In this document: one piece after another, positions 10,740 to 19,382 of the stretch
Layout: each line of letters begins with the position of its first letter
Position numbering within the stretch: the stretch's first letter is position 1
Virus record (IMG/VR): IMGVR_UViG_3300011871_000003
Source of the DNA: an uncultured virus (IMG/VR IMGVR_UViG_3300011871_000003)
Taxonomy: Duplodnaviria > Heunggongvirae > Uroviricota > Caudoviricetes
Strand: one strand, 5' to 3'
DNA: 39,977 nucleotides
The notes under the pieces: generated by a model
The model's input: the letters and a program-made list of their open reading frames with translations, nothing else
What the model was told of the DNA's origin: nothing
Database searches by the model: none
Position numbers and translations under genes: made by a program

Positions 10740-11285
10740 ATGACTATTGACATTAAAGAACTTGTAAAATCACATGTATCAGTAAGTAAAGATAAATCAG
10801 ATGTTCAAGTTTCTCTTAATCAAGTGAAAGAAGGTGAATGGGAATTAGCTCGTAAAAGTGAATTTAAACGAGATGTATATGCAATTCCTAACGAAAATAA
10901 TCTGTTTTTAGAAGTTAAACTTAGTAGAGCAGGTGAATATCATAGTGATTATACTTATGGTAAACCAACGTTCGAGTTGGTTGAGAAGAAAACGGAACAT
11001 GTTGTCTCATATCCAGCTATTGCTAATTTTGATAAAGAAAAAATTAAAGAACTAAAAGAAAAATATTTTGATAATAACGATGAAACTAAATTGGTTCCTA
11101 TTTATGATTCAGGAGCTTGGAAATACGCTCATAAAGCCCATTATTGGGAGAGTGTTTTTGATATTGATGGTGTTTTGCTTAAACAAACATTAATTGGAAA
11201 TTGCGATTGGACAGAATTTGTAGAATATGAAATTGTTCAAAAGAAAGAGGAAGATATTGTAAGTTTTATCAAAGTAAAAGAATAA
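10740..11285 (+). CDS. hypothetical protein with two tandem similar domains
   Basis: VKEGEW...LVEKKTEHVVSY vs YDSGAW...IVQKKEEDIVSF; AGGAG RBS. Confidence 0.8.
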   Translation: MTIDIKELVKSHVSVSKDKSDVQVSLNQVKEGEWELARKSEFKRDVYAIPNENNLFLEVKLSRAGEYHSDYTYGKPTFELVEKKTEHVVSYPAIANFDKEKIKELKEKYFDNNDETKLVPIYDSGAWKYAHKAHYWESVFDIDGVLLKQTLIGNCDWTEFVEYEIVQKKEEDIVSFIKVKE

Positions 11286-11310
11286 AAACCAAAATAGAAC
11301 TTAAAACAAA

Positions 11311-11333
11311 AACCTTCCCCGGAAGGTTTTTTT
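11311..11333 (+). terminator. intrinsic terminator
   Basis: AACCTTC-cccg-GAAGGTT plus T-tract. Confidence 0.8.
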
Positions 11334-11447
11334 ATGTACTAATCCCCCGTTCATCCCTTCTAATAGTATAAAATACTCCCAAAATTTTGATTTAGATCAC
11401 AAAATATATAGTATGAAAGGACATAAAAATGTTTTAAAGAGGTAAAT

Positions 11448-12086
11448 ATGGAAAGAAAAAGGAAAGGATTCAGCTTATNNNNNNNNNNNNNNNNNNNNNN
11501 NNNNNNNNNNNNNNNNNNNNNNNNNNNNNNNNNNNNNNNCGCTTCCATTGTTAAAAAGCTAAAATTTTTACAAAAACCTAAAAATAGTACCAGAGTCGAT
11601 CTTAGAGTAAAAATAGAATCCAATAATATTAGTTCTTTAAAAGCTGAAGTTTCAGCATTATATGCTTCAGTAGCAAGTGACTTACCAAAAGACGCTAACT
11701 TAAACAGTATAATGATTCAAGCAAAAGTAATTCCTGCGAGTATGAGATATAATTCTTTACGTTTAAGGAATGTATGGGGTGGCGATGTATATGTGGGAAC
11801 TTATAATATAGCCAATGCAGTATCTTTTGCTATACAATATAATCATGTTCCTCGTGATGAATGTGCCAAGCTTGTTATGCAAACAGCAACTGGATTTGAA
11901 CAGGTAGTAGTAGGGAGTGAGCTTCCGGGTGATACAGGCGGAATTATAAAAGATGGAACAGGTCGTGGAGTAGTGTTTGGAATGGGTAGAACAAAGAATG
12001 ACGATGAAGTTGCTTTAGATGTGCCAACAGTTATAGAAGCATGTAATAAAGGTGATAATGCCTTTATACTTTATAAATTTTTCTAA
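11448..12086 (+). CDS. type IVb major pilin (PilS-like), N-terminal helix hidden by N-gap
   Basis: Basic leader KRKG/FSL prepilin cleavage site; NVWGGDV, YNHVPRDECAKL, C-terminal AC cysteine. Confidence 0.75.
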   Translation: MERKRKGFSLXXXXXXXXXXXXXXXXXXXXXASIVKKLKFLQKPKNSTRVDLRVKIESNNISSLKAEVSALYASVASDLPKDANLNSIMIQAKVIPASMRYNSLRLRNVWGGDVYVGTYNIANAVSFAIQYNHVPRDECAKLVMQTATGFEQVVVGSELPGDTGGIIKDGTGRGVVFGMGRTKNDDEVALDVPTVIEACNKGDNAFILYKFF

Positions 12087-12130
12087 ATAAAAGGTAATAA
12101 TTGGGATTATTACCTTTATTATACTGAAAT

Positions 12131-12427
12131 TTAATTACTGATTAAATAGTCACCAGACTCAATAAAGCCATCATAACAAAGTGTTCTGAGAATGAGATTA
12201 ATGCCTGATTTTTCGCAATAACCTTGCTCCATAATATCATCCATATCATTTAACTCATTTTTATCTAAACCTTTATCATTAATGTCTGTAGAAATATAAG
12301 AGTTATCCTCATCAATGCCTAAAACTTCAAAGCATTCCAAATTATAATGAGAAATAAAAAAGTTACACAAATCAAGGAGATCAACAGTTATAAAATTAGA
12401 CTTAGAAAAAATAGTATTCATTATCAA
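12131..12427 (-). CDS. hypothetical protein
   Basis: 98-aa acidic ORF. Confidence 0.7.
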   Translation of the reverse strand: MIMNTIFSKSNFITVDLLDLCNFFISHYNLECFEVLGIDEDNSYISTDINDKGLDKNELNDMDDIMEQGYCEKSGINLILRTLCYDGFIESGDYLISN

Positions 12428-12553
12428 TACCCTATAATATAGTAGAGGATACTATTATACCTAAAAACAGAATATTTTAAAAGAGCTTTTTTAAATATTA
12501 TTTTTGATTTCAATCAAAAAGACTACTAATATAGTTATTCAAAAGGAGAGAAA

Positions 12554-12961
12554 ATGAAAACCGTAAAAATTTTTAGAAAAGAACATTTGATTGCTAATTA
12601 TACAGATGTTAAAGGCATTATAGCAGGTGATGATTATTCTATATTAACGCTGATAAAAAAAGATCAAGAAATTTCAATAAAACAAGGTGTAGATGTAATT
12701 ATGGTCTATAACCAAGTAGAAAATAATGCTTTTAATATTATCAAGAGAAATAATAAAGAAAATGTGATGGATCTGTTTATGAATATAAAAAACTCTACGG
12801 AGGATTTTAATTTTACAGATGTAAAAATATTTAATTATGAAGAAGTGCCAAATAAAAGTGTGAGTTTTTATACAGAAGATGGAATGAAGATAGATTTTAT
12901 GTTCATGTCAAAAGAAGCTTGCGATAGTGTTTATATTGCTTTAAAAACATCAAATATTTAA
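12554..12961 (+). CDS. hypothetical protein
   Basis: AAGGAG RBS. Confidence 0.75.
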   Translation: MKTVKIFRKEHLIANYTDVKGIIAGDDYSILTLIKKDQEISIKQGVDVIMVYNQVENNAFNIIKRNNKENVMDLFMNIKNSTEDFNFTDVKIFNYEEVPNKSVSFYTEDGMKIDFMFMSKEACDSVYIALKTSNI

Positions 12962-12975
12962 CAAAAGAGGTTGTT

Positions 12976-13491
12976 ATGTTTAAAATAGCGAATTTATTTA
13001 AAGACAAAGGACTTGTTTTTATATCTGATGAAAAAATTTTATCAAAACTTGAGAAATATCTTTGTTTTAAAGAAGTTAAGTTAGACAACTTTTGCTTAAA
13101 AGCGAACGGTACCAAAGAAAGTATTTTTAGTGATATAAATAATTTTACCACTCAGGGAAAATCTGATTATGAAGGTGATCTAGTTCAAGATCTTGGATTA
13201 GTTAGGCAAGAAGGTTTTAAATATATAAAATTTTCTAATGGCTCATTTCTCTTTTTCAACATGCAGTATAATCATTCTGATTTCATTTCTTGTGACTTTT
13301 TCGATGTAAAAGACATAGAATCAGCGGGTTTTGTTGCTGTTATTATCAATAAAAGTAATGAAGTGGATATGATACAATATAACAAATCTACATCATTGAG
13401 TAAACTTTTCAACACTGAAATAGAAGCTAAAAAAGGTGACGGTAAGTACATTGAGAACTATTTAACTAATCATAGATTTTTACTTGTGTAG
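12976..13491 (+). CDS. hypothetical protein
   Basis: GAGGT RBS, 171 aa. Confidence 0.75.
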   Translation: MFKIANLFKDKGLVFISDEKILSKLEKYLCFKEVKLDNFCLKANGTKESIFSDINNFTTQGKSDYEGDLVQDLGLVRQEGFKYIKFSNGSFLFFNMQYNHSDFISCDFFDVKDIESAGFVAVIINKSNEVDMIQYNKSTSLSKLFNTEIEAKKGDGKYIENYLTNHRFLLV

Positions 13492-13503
13492 GAAAGAAAA
13501 AGC

Positions 13504-13532
13504 TTGTGCATAAACTGGTAAGATGGTAGAAT
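13504..13532 (+). promoter_or_regulatory. TTGTGCA-class promoter (2 of 8)
   Basis: TTGTGC(ataaa)-17 bp-TAGAAT with TGn extension. Confidence 0.78.
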
Positions 13533-13569
13533 ATCTTTATTAGTTAAGCAATCATCTAGAGGCTGAAAA

Positions 13570-14175
13570 ATGGGTACAACTTATTACAGCAAAGGTTTTA
13601 GTAAAAGCTTTAAAAATGCTAAGGAATTTTTTGTTAATCATTTAGCTGCTGCTCTCTTTACAGATAAAGAAGGAAAAAGCACTCTATTAAAACATAGTGT
13701 TGTAGGAAATATCGCTTATACACTAAGTGAACATCCTGTATCAGGAGAGGAAGGTAAAACCTTTAAAATCATTAGCGTAATTAAAATCGTTAAAGATGAA
13801 GGTGAGTTTGGTTACAAAGATATGGATGAAAGCATGGGGCCTTTTTACTATGACTGCCCTAAAAGTATCCTGAAAGAATCAACGATTCAAACAGAAACAG
13901 CAGTTAAATGGAGAAATGATTGTACTGAACACGCAAAAAACAAGAAAAAACAGGTTGAAAAAATTAAAGGCTTAAAATCAGCTATGAAAGCTGGTGATAA
14001 GTATGATATGGGTCGTTTTGGTGAAGTAACATTCTTGTATCATTATAATAAAGTTTCATTTGCTGGCAAAGATAGTGATGGTAAAATTTATGCTTACAAG
14101 TATAAAAATGTAGTAGAAAAGACACCAAAAGAAAACGAAGTTATCCTAGCTAAAGCATCTGAATTATTCTTCTAA
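13570..14175 (+). CDS. DUF6927-like protein
   Basis: FGYKDMDESMGPFYYDCPKSIL...AVKWRNDC signature. Confidence 0.75.
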   Translation: MGTTYYSKGFSKSFKNAKEFFVNHLAAALFTDKEGKSTLLKHSVVGNIAYTLSEHPVSGEEGKTFKIISVIKIVKDEGEFGYKDMDESMGPFYYDCPKSILKESTIQTETAVKWRNDCTEHAKNKKKQVEKIKGLKSAMKAGDKYDMGRFGEVTFLYHYNKVSFAGKDSDGKIYAYKYKNVVEKTPKENEVILAKASELFF

Positions 14176-14181
14176 AAAAGC

Positions 14182-14210
14182 TTGTGCATAGATAAGAGTA
14201 TTGGTATAAT
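14182..14210 (+). promoter_or_regulatory. TTGTGCA-class promoter (3 of 8)
   Basis: TTGTGC(atag)-17 bp-TATAAT with TGn; inverted copy CTATGCACAA at 14217-14226. Confidence 0.8.
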
Positions 14211-14259
14211 GAACTCCTATGCACAACATTCCTTTTACACTAATCTTGAGAGATATTTT

Positions 14260-14766
14260 ATGAAACAACGCATTATGTTGACGATTGCTGCTATGACTGT
14301 AGAAATTTCACATGTTAAAAACCAACTTGAAAAAATGAAGGGTGATACTTCTCATTCTGTTTTTGATTGGTCAACTGTTCTTGGTCTTGCTGAAGAAGTT
14401 GCTGATAAATCAAAAATCATTTTCGTTAATGGTTCATCAATGAGTATTAAAGACGTTCTTAATCAAGTAGCTGAAAAAAGGAAAGTATTCCATTATACAG
14501 CAGCTTGTTTTTCATGGAATATGGTTAACGCTTTAGTTGATGTAGTTGAAAATCAATATACTTTTGGTCAGCATTACTTCTTTACTAATGAGAATGGTGT
14601 AACACAAGTTCAAAAGAGCAAAACCGTAAGCAACGGTGATTGGGTAGCCATTAAAGAAAATAACGTGTTTTCTATTTTTAAAGTAGAAGGAGCGGAAAAA
14701 GTTCTGATTGATAAAGCTGAAAATTTTGAAGATGTTTTAGATTGTGTTTTTGAAGTTGCTGCCTAA
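14260..14766 (+). CDS. hypothetical protein
   Basis: Start moved to ATG 14260, downstream of the promoter (GAGA RBS). Confidence 0.75.
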   Translation: MKQRIMLTIAAMTVEISHVKNQLEKMKGDTSHSVFDWSTVLGLAEEVADKSKIIFVNGSSMSIKDVLNQVAEKRKVFHYTAACFSWNMVNALVDVVENQYTFGQHYFFTNENGVTQVQKSKTVSNGDWVAIKENNVFSIFKVEGAEKVLIDKAENFEDVLDCVFEVAA

Positions 14767-14876
14767 ATAAAGTAAAATATGTATAATTAAAAAGCGCTTT
14801 TACAAGCACTTTTTTTTGTTTTTATGATAAGTAAAATGATATACTTTACCTCATAATAACAAAATGAGGAAAAAAT

Positions 14877-15638
14877 ATGAGCATGTATATTCCAATTATT
14901 TCAGATGAAACAACAAACCTGTCTCAAAATAGTTTAAAAGAAATTGATGCTTTTATTAGCGATAATAAAACATCCAACTATGTAGTTTCTGGTATTTGTG
15001 GTAGCAAAAAAGCATTATTCACTCATATGCTGGCAAAACATCTTTATGAAAAACATAAAAAAGCAATTGCTATGGTAGAACATGGAGAAATTTTACTAAG
15101 AAATTACGATTTATCTTACAAAGATAATATAGTAAAGATTAAACAAGGTGATAAAAGAGATGTTATAAATAAAGCCTCGTCAATGGTTAAAAACTCTGTA
15201 ATTAATTTCAGCATACTTGAAAATGAAGATGATTATGAAGCTTATTTTTCTGCGGCTAAAGTAGGTGTAAGTGCTATAGGAGCACATACAATTCCATCGT
15301 CTAAAAGAGATACATGTGTAAACATAGAAGATACATTAATAGATTTATATTCGTCATATAAGTGTGAAGAGTTTGAAAAAAATGTTATACCTAATCTAAA
15401 ACTAGTTTCTTTCTTGAATAATATTTCAGCTATATTTATAACGGATTTCAATAGTGATCTTATGGGTATGGTCTGTATTAAAGAATACTTATTATTAGAT
15501 AAAGAGAAAGTAAATAAAGCATTAGAGGTATTCATTGGTGATAATGGGGTTAAGATTGATGAAAAACAAGTATTTAAATATATCTCTCAAGAATATGCTA
15601 TGAAAGTAGAAAACGAGTTAGAAATTCCCTTACTGTAA
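14877..15638 (+). CDS. degenerate TraJ/DotB (PilT/VirB11-like) ATPase domain protein
   Basis: VVSGICGSKKA (decayed Walker A), AMVEHGE (Asp box), AAKVG..GAHT (His box), VCIKEYLLLD. Confidence 0.55.
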   Translation: MSMYIPIISDETTNLSQNSLKEIDAFISDNKTSNYVVSGICGSKKALFTHMLAKHLYEKHKKAIAMVEHGEILLRNYDLSYKDNIVKIKQGDKRDVINKASSMVKNSVINFSILENEDDYEAYFSAAKVGVSAIGAHTIPSSKRDTCVNIEDTLIDLYSSYKCEEFEKNVIPNLKLVSFLNNISAIFITDFNSDLMGMVCIKEYLLLDKEKVNKALEVFIGDNGVKIDEKQVFKYISQEYAMKVENELEIPLL

Positions 15639-15649
15639 AGGAAATTAAC

Positions 15650-15859
15650 ATGACTAATGCTTCTAAAATTGAAATAGGTAATAATATTGCTACAAAATAC
15701 AATGGTAGAGTAGTTAAAGGAGTTATAACATCTATTAGCGGAGAAAATCTCCAGATATTATTAAAAAATAACGGCTTTAAAGTCATAGAAAGGCATAAAT
15801 CCAAAGTTTTAACATCCTTTCTTGATAATCAGCATTATTTAAGTTTTTTATTAAAATAA
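15650..15859 (+). CDS. small SH3/KOW-like hypothetical protein
   Basis: IGNNI..YNGRVVKGVITSI beta-strand pattern; AAGGA RBS. Confidence 0.6.
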   Translation: MTNASKIEIGNNIATKYNGRVVKGVITSISGENLQILLKNNGFKVIERHKSKVLTSFLDNQHYLSFLLK

Positions 15860-15928
15860 ATGCTGTACATGAAAAAAAGCTTATGCTAGTATTATTACAT
15901 TAAAGCAAAAAAGTAATAAGGAATAGTT

Positions 15929-16438
15929 ATGAGTAAGTACAAGCGTTTACTGGTAAACAAAACAACAGCAGGTTTTTCGGATGCTGGTTTTATTTGTTTG
16001 GCTGATGTATCTAATATGTCAGAATCTACCATTAAAGAAAAACTATTGAATATTTTTCATTGTAAAAATTTTAATACAAATGAAGAACTGGATGAAGCTT
16101 TTGAAACGTTTAACAGTGATGAAGCTCAAGAAGAAAATGAAGAATTTAGTAATGTAGGTATTGTTGATCGTGAGGCATTCGATAACATTATTGAAAGAAG
16201 TATCAAAATTTCTAATATTCTTGGTCTAACACATGTAGAGTCAGATGATTCTTTCATTGATAAGTTCTTGATGGATGAATCAGAAATGTCATCCTTTAAC
16301 AGTATTTTAAAAAGTCTGTTTACAGAAGAAGAACAGGAAGAAGGGCTTGATGAATGGGAAGTTTGGGATAAATTTGATAGTCAGGTTTATTCTGAAAAAA
16401 CAACTCTAAGAATCGACCTGCGTTTCTCTGATACTTAA
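15929..16438 (+). CDS. acidic hypothetical protein
   Basis: 169 aa, very D/E rich; AAGGA RBS. Confidence 0.75.
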   Translation: MSKYKRLLVNKTTAGFSDAGFICLADVSNMSESTIKEKLLNIFHCKNFNTNEELDEAFETFNSDEAQEENEEFSNVGIVDREAFDNIIERSIKISNILGLTHVESDDSFIDKFLMDESEMSSFNSILKSLFTEEEQEEGLDEWEVWDKFDSQVYSEKTTLRIDLRFSDT

Positions 16439-16513
16439 AATAAATAAGGTCGCACGAGCGGCCTTATTCAATTGTACATAGTAAGTTAAATCAAATAAGA
16501 AAGTGGAGAAAAA

Positions 16514-16813
16514 ATGAAAGATTTTAAAGTGGTATATTTGATTAAGAAAGTTGGAACTGAACAATATCTTTGCAGCACTGAATGGAAAGGCGAAAAATTT
16601 ATTGCGATCAAACCAGAAGTTTTTGAAAGAGAATTGTTAAGAGCTATTATCTCTGATTGTGATCTTGATGGAGATATTTTAGTAACATTTAATAGTGAGG
16701 ATTCATTAAAAAACTCATTAGTCGATTTCAATATCCTTGGTCATGAATGCGAAGTTGTTAAAATCGATTTAAAATATACTATGGATATTAAACACGAATC
16801 ATACTATATTTAA
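16514..16813 (+). CDS. hypothetical protein (paralog of 3153..3455)
   Basis: GGAG RBS; shared motifs. Confidence 0.7.
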   Translation: MKDFKVVYLIKKVGTEQYLCSTEWKGEKFIAIKPEVFERELLRAIISDCDLDGDILVTFNSEDSLKNSLVDFNILGHECEVVKIDLKYTMDIKHESYYI

Positions 16814-16814
16814 T

Positions 16815-16843
16815 TTGACTTTCATAAAATAAAATGTCATTAT
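16815..16843 (+). promoter_or_regulatory. sigma70 promoter for Y-RNA-like gene 1
   Basis: TTGACT-17 bp-CATTAT. Confidence 0.65.
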
Positions 16844-16848
16844 ATATA

Positions 16849-16923
16849 TGTTGGCAGTGAGGCAAAGGGTTACTTCTCAAACTTTAATTGAAACCAATAC
16901 ACTCTTACCATTATTCTCCAATA
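16849..16923 (+). ncRNA. Y-RNA-like ncRNA 1 (about 75 nt)
   Basis: Ends pair (TTGG/CCAA); CAGTGA, second stem, GTTACTTC and TATTCT motifs shared with RNA 2; own promoter and terminator; upstream of Ro60. Confidence 0.7.
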
Positions 16924-16930
16924 AAAAATG

Positions 16931-16953
16931 AAACCAGCCAGTCTGGTTTTTTT
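16931..16953 (+). terminator. terminator after Y-RNA-like gene 1
   Basis: AAACCAG-ccagt-CTGGTTT plus T-tract. Confidence 0.75.
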
Positions 16954-16977
16954 ATTGCAAAAAATCTAAAAATAAAT

Positions 16978-17006
16978 TTGACTTTATAATTTTATTAACG
17001 CATAAT
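16978..17006 (+). promoter_or_regulatory. sigma70 promoter for Y-RNA-like gene 2 and Ro60
   Basis: TTGACT-17 bp-CATAAT. Confidence 0.75.
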
Positions 17007-17011
17007 GAGAT

Positions 17012-17129
17012 ATTACACTTTAGACAGTGATTATTCAGTTACTTCATATGATAAAGAGCAAGGAGTATCATGCCCAGACGGGTTATGAAACTTCTTTTAT
17101 ACTGACTAAAGTATTCTTCTAAGTGTAAT
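17012..17129 (+). ncRNA. Y-RNA-like ncRNA 2 (about 118 nt)
   Basis: ATTACACT/AGTGTAAT and TAGA/TCTA stems; CAGTGA; TTATTCAGT/ACTGACTAA; GTTACTTC; internal hairpin closed by GCCC-agac-GGGT; TATTCT. Confidence 0.72.
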
Positions 17130-17225
17130 CATTTCAAATAAGCTAATGAGCTTTATCTCAAGACCTTGAGGTTTGTTCCATAAGAGATGGTAATAAATAA
17201 TTTAACGAACATAAAAGGTGATATA

Positions 17226-18881
17226 ATGAAAATCAATAAAAAAGCAATGTCTACTAATTCTCATACTGAAATTCAGAAAAAAGAAGGTCATGTTAATCAT
17301 ATGGCAGGTGTGTCTTATGATATCAATGATCCAATTAAACAGTTAAGAATTATAGCAAGTTCAAGCTTTTTTGGAGAGCCTAACTATTACCATGAAGATA
17401 TTAAAAAAGGTGAAAAAAGAGCTGATGATCATTCTGTTGTAAAGGCTAAAAAATTAAATAAAACTCAAGAAAAATACTTAGAGCAAACACTTGGTCAGGT
17501 AATTTCAATTCCTGAGTATCACTCCTATTCTACAACTAAGATTATGGAAATGGCTATTGACGAAGCTATTGCTTTTGATGCTGAAGCTGCTTTGAAAGAG
17601 GCTGTACGTCTTCGTAATGAAGAAAATATTCGTACAACTCCACAAGTAATTATGGTAAGAGCTGCTAATAGTGACAAAGTTCGCGGAACAGGATTGATCC
17701 GTAAATATGCTTTAGAAATCATGAAAAGAACTGATGAAGCTGCCGTACAGCTTGCTTATCAATTACAAGTTTATGGTCGCCCAATCCCTAATGCTTTGAA
17801 AAAAGCATGGAAAGCATTTTTAGAATCAAGAAATGAATATCAAGTTGCTAAGTATCGTATGGAAACAAGAGCATATAAAACATTAGACGTAGTGAACTTG
17901 GTTCACGCAAAAAGTGATGTTATTGATAAGTTGATGAAAGGCGAGTTGAAGCTTCAAGAAAACACTTGGGAATCTTTCATTTCAGCTAATGGTTCGACTA
18001 AAGAGAATTGGGTTAAAGCAATAGATCTTATGGGTCATATGGCATTATTGAGAAATATCGTTAACTTCATTAAAAATGGAGTTGATTATAAACTCTATTT
18101 ACCAAAACTGAAAGCAACAGCAAAAGATGGAAAACAATTGCCATTCCGTTATTATTCTGCCTATAACATGGCAAAATCAAGCGGAGCAAACGGTGTTATT
18201 CTTGATGCTATCGAAGAATGTCTTGAGTTATCTCTTGGTAATCTCCCACATTTTGAAGGTAAGACAATGAGTTTGTGTGATAACTCTGGTTCTGCTCAGG
18301 GAGCATTTACTTCATCTGCTGGAACAATGTCAGTAGCAAACATTGCTAACTTAACGGCTGTAGTAACAGCTAAAGTATCTGATGAAGGGTATATTGGAGT
18401 ATTTGGAGATCGTCTTGAAGTAGAGCCTATTCGTAAGAAAGACTCTGTATTTACACAAGCTGAACAAGCGAATAAAAAAGGTTCAACCGTTGGTGGTTCT
18501 ACAGAAAACNNNNNNNNNNNNNNNNNNNNNNNNNNNNNNNNNNNNNGAATTTGGTTATTCTTTGATAGGGCTATTAAAAACAAAGAACATTGGGATAACA
18601 TATTTGTATATTCAGATATGCAAGCAGGTCATGGTGGTTTATATGGAACAAACCCATCTGAATATTCCAAATACAAATGGAGCAATAGCCATTACATTGA
18701 TGTAGCGAAATTGATTAAGGATTATCGTAAAACAGTAAATCCAAATGTAAATGTTTTCTTAGTTCAAGTAGCTGGTTATAAGGATACTCTTGTTCCAGAG
18801 TTCTATGAAAAAACATATATTCTTGGTGGTTGGGGTGATGGATTACTTCGTTTTGCTAAAGAGATGTCAAAAGAAATTTAA
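17226..18881 (+). CDS. rsr: Ro60/TROVE-vWA RNA-binding protein (Rsr-like)
   Basis: TROVE motifs SFFGEPNYY, IRTTP, AKY, TWE, MALLRN, QLPFRYYSAY; vWA MIDAS-like DNSGS, GGSTEN, YSDMQ; start at ATG 17226 (AAGGTGA RBS). Confidence 0.92.
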   Translation: MKINKKAMSTNSHTEIQKKEGHVNHMAGVSYDINDPIKQLRIIASSSFFGEPNYYHEDIKKGEKRADDHSVVKAKKLNKTQEKYLEQTLGQVISIPEYHSYSTTKIMEMAIDEAIAFDAEAALKEAVRLRNEENIRTTPQVIMVRAANSDKVRGTGLIRKYALEIMKRTDEAAVQLAYQLQVYGRPIPNALKKAWKAFLESRNEYQVAKYRMETRAYKTLDVVNLVHAKSDVIDKLMKGELKLQENTWESFISANGSTKENWVKAIDLMGHMALLRNIVNFIKNGVDYKLYLPKLKATAKDGKQLPFRYYSAYNMAKSSGANGVILDAIEECLELSLGNLPHFEGKTMSLCDNSGSAQGAFTSSAGTMSVANIANLTAVVTAKVSDEGYIGVFGDRLEVEPIRKKDSVFTQAEQANKKGSTVGGSTENXXXXXXXXXXXXXIWLFFDRAIKNKEHWDNIFVYSDMQAGHGGLYGTNPSEYSKYKWSNSHYIDVAKLIKDYRKTVNPNVNVFLVQVAGYKDTLVPEFYEKTYILGGWGDGLLRFAKEMSKEI

Positions 18882-18883
18882 AT

Positions 18884-18906
18884 AAAGCTCCTCCGGGAGC
18901 TTTTTT
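18884..18906 (+). terminator. intrinsic terminator after Ro60
   Basis: AAAGCTCC-tccg-GGAGCTTT plus T-tract. Confidence 0.8.
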
Positions 18907-18940
18907 CTCTAGAGTCATAGTTAAAAATAAAAGGAACTTT

Positions 18941-19273
18941 ATGAAAATTAATAAATTAAATAAAAAAGAAATCGATTATCTTATAAAAATAGATGTCGCA
19001 AGCCACTGGTCAAATCAGGCTGCTTGTAATCCTAATCTTGCTGAAATGGAATTTAAATTTGTTGCTGATGAAATTGTTAAAAATAATCCAAAAATAAAAC
19101 ATTCTGATATTTTTATTGATTATCATGAAGTCGTTTCTGAATACTGTATTTATATAAAGGGTGAATGGTCAGGATATCTATATCCACATCAAATTGATGG
19201 TTACTCTTCTGGTGATGAATATTATGGTTTTGAAAATATAGATGATTATCCTATCATACGTGGGAAATATTAA
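18941..19273 (+). CDS. hypothetical protein (paralog of 24598..24885)
   Basis: EYCIYIKGEWSGY vs EYCIYINNKWSGY. Confidence 0.75.
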   Translation: MKINKLNKKEIDYLIKIDVASHWSNQAACNPNLAEMEFKFVADEIVKNNPKIKHSDIFIDYHEVVSEYCIYIKGEWSGYLYPHQIDGYSSGDEYYGFENIDDYPIIRGKY

Positions 19274-19382
19274 TATAAAAGGAAAACATCTCCTTTTTTA
19301 CAGTGAGTAAAAGAGATTTGTTGACTTTTACTTGACCAGATCATAAAATAGCATTCACTAATAAACAAATAAAAGAGGTTTT

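Noticed and set aside
18510..18546. Possible insertion or break in the Ro60 gene at the N-gap
   Set aside because: Flanks read GAAAAC / GAATTTGG, needing only one G to give ENGIW; the gap size looks like a scaffolding artefact.
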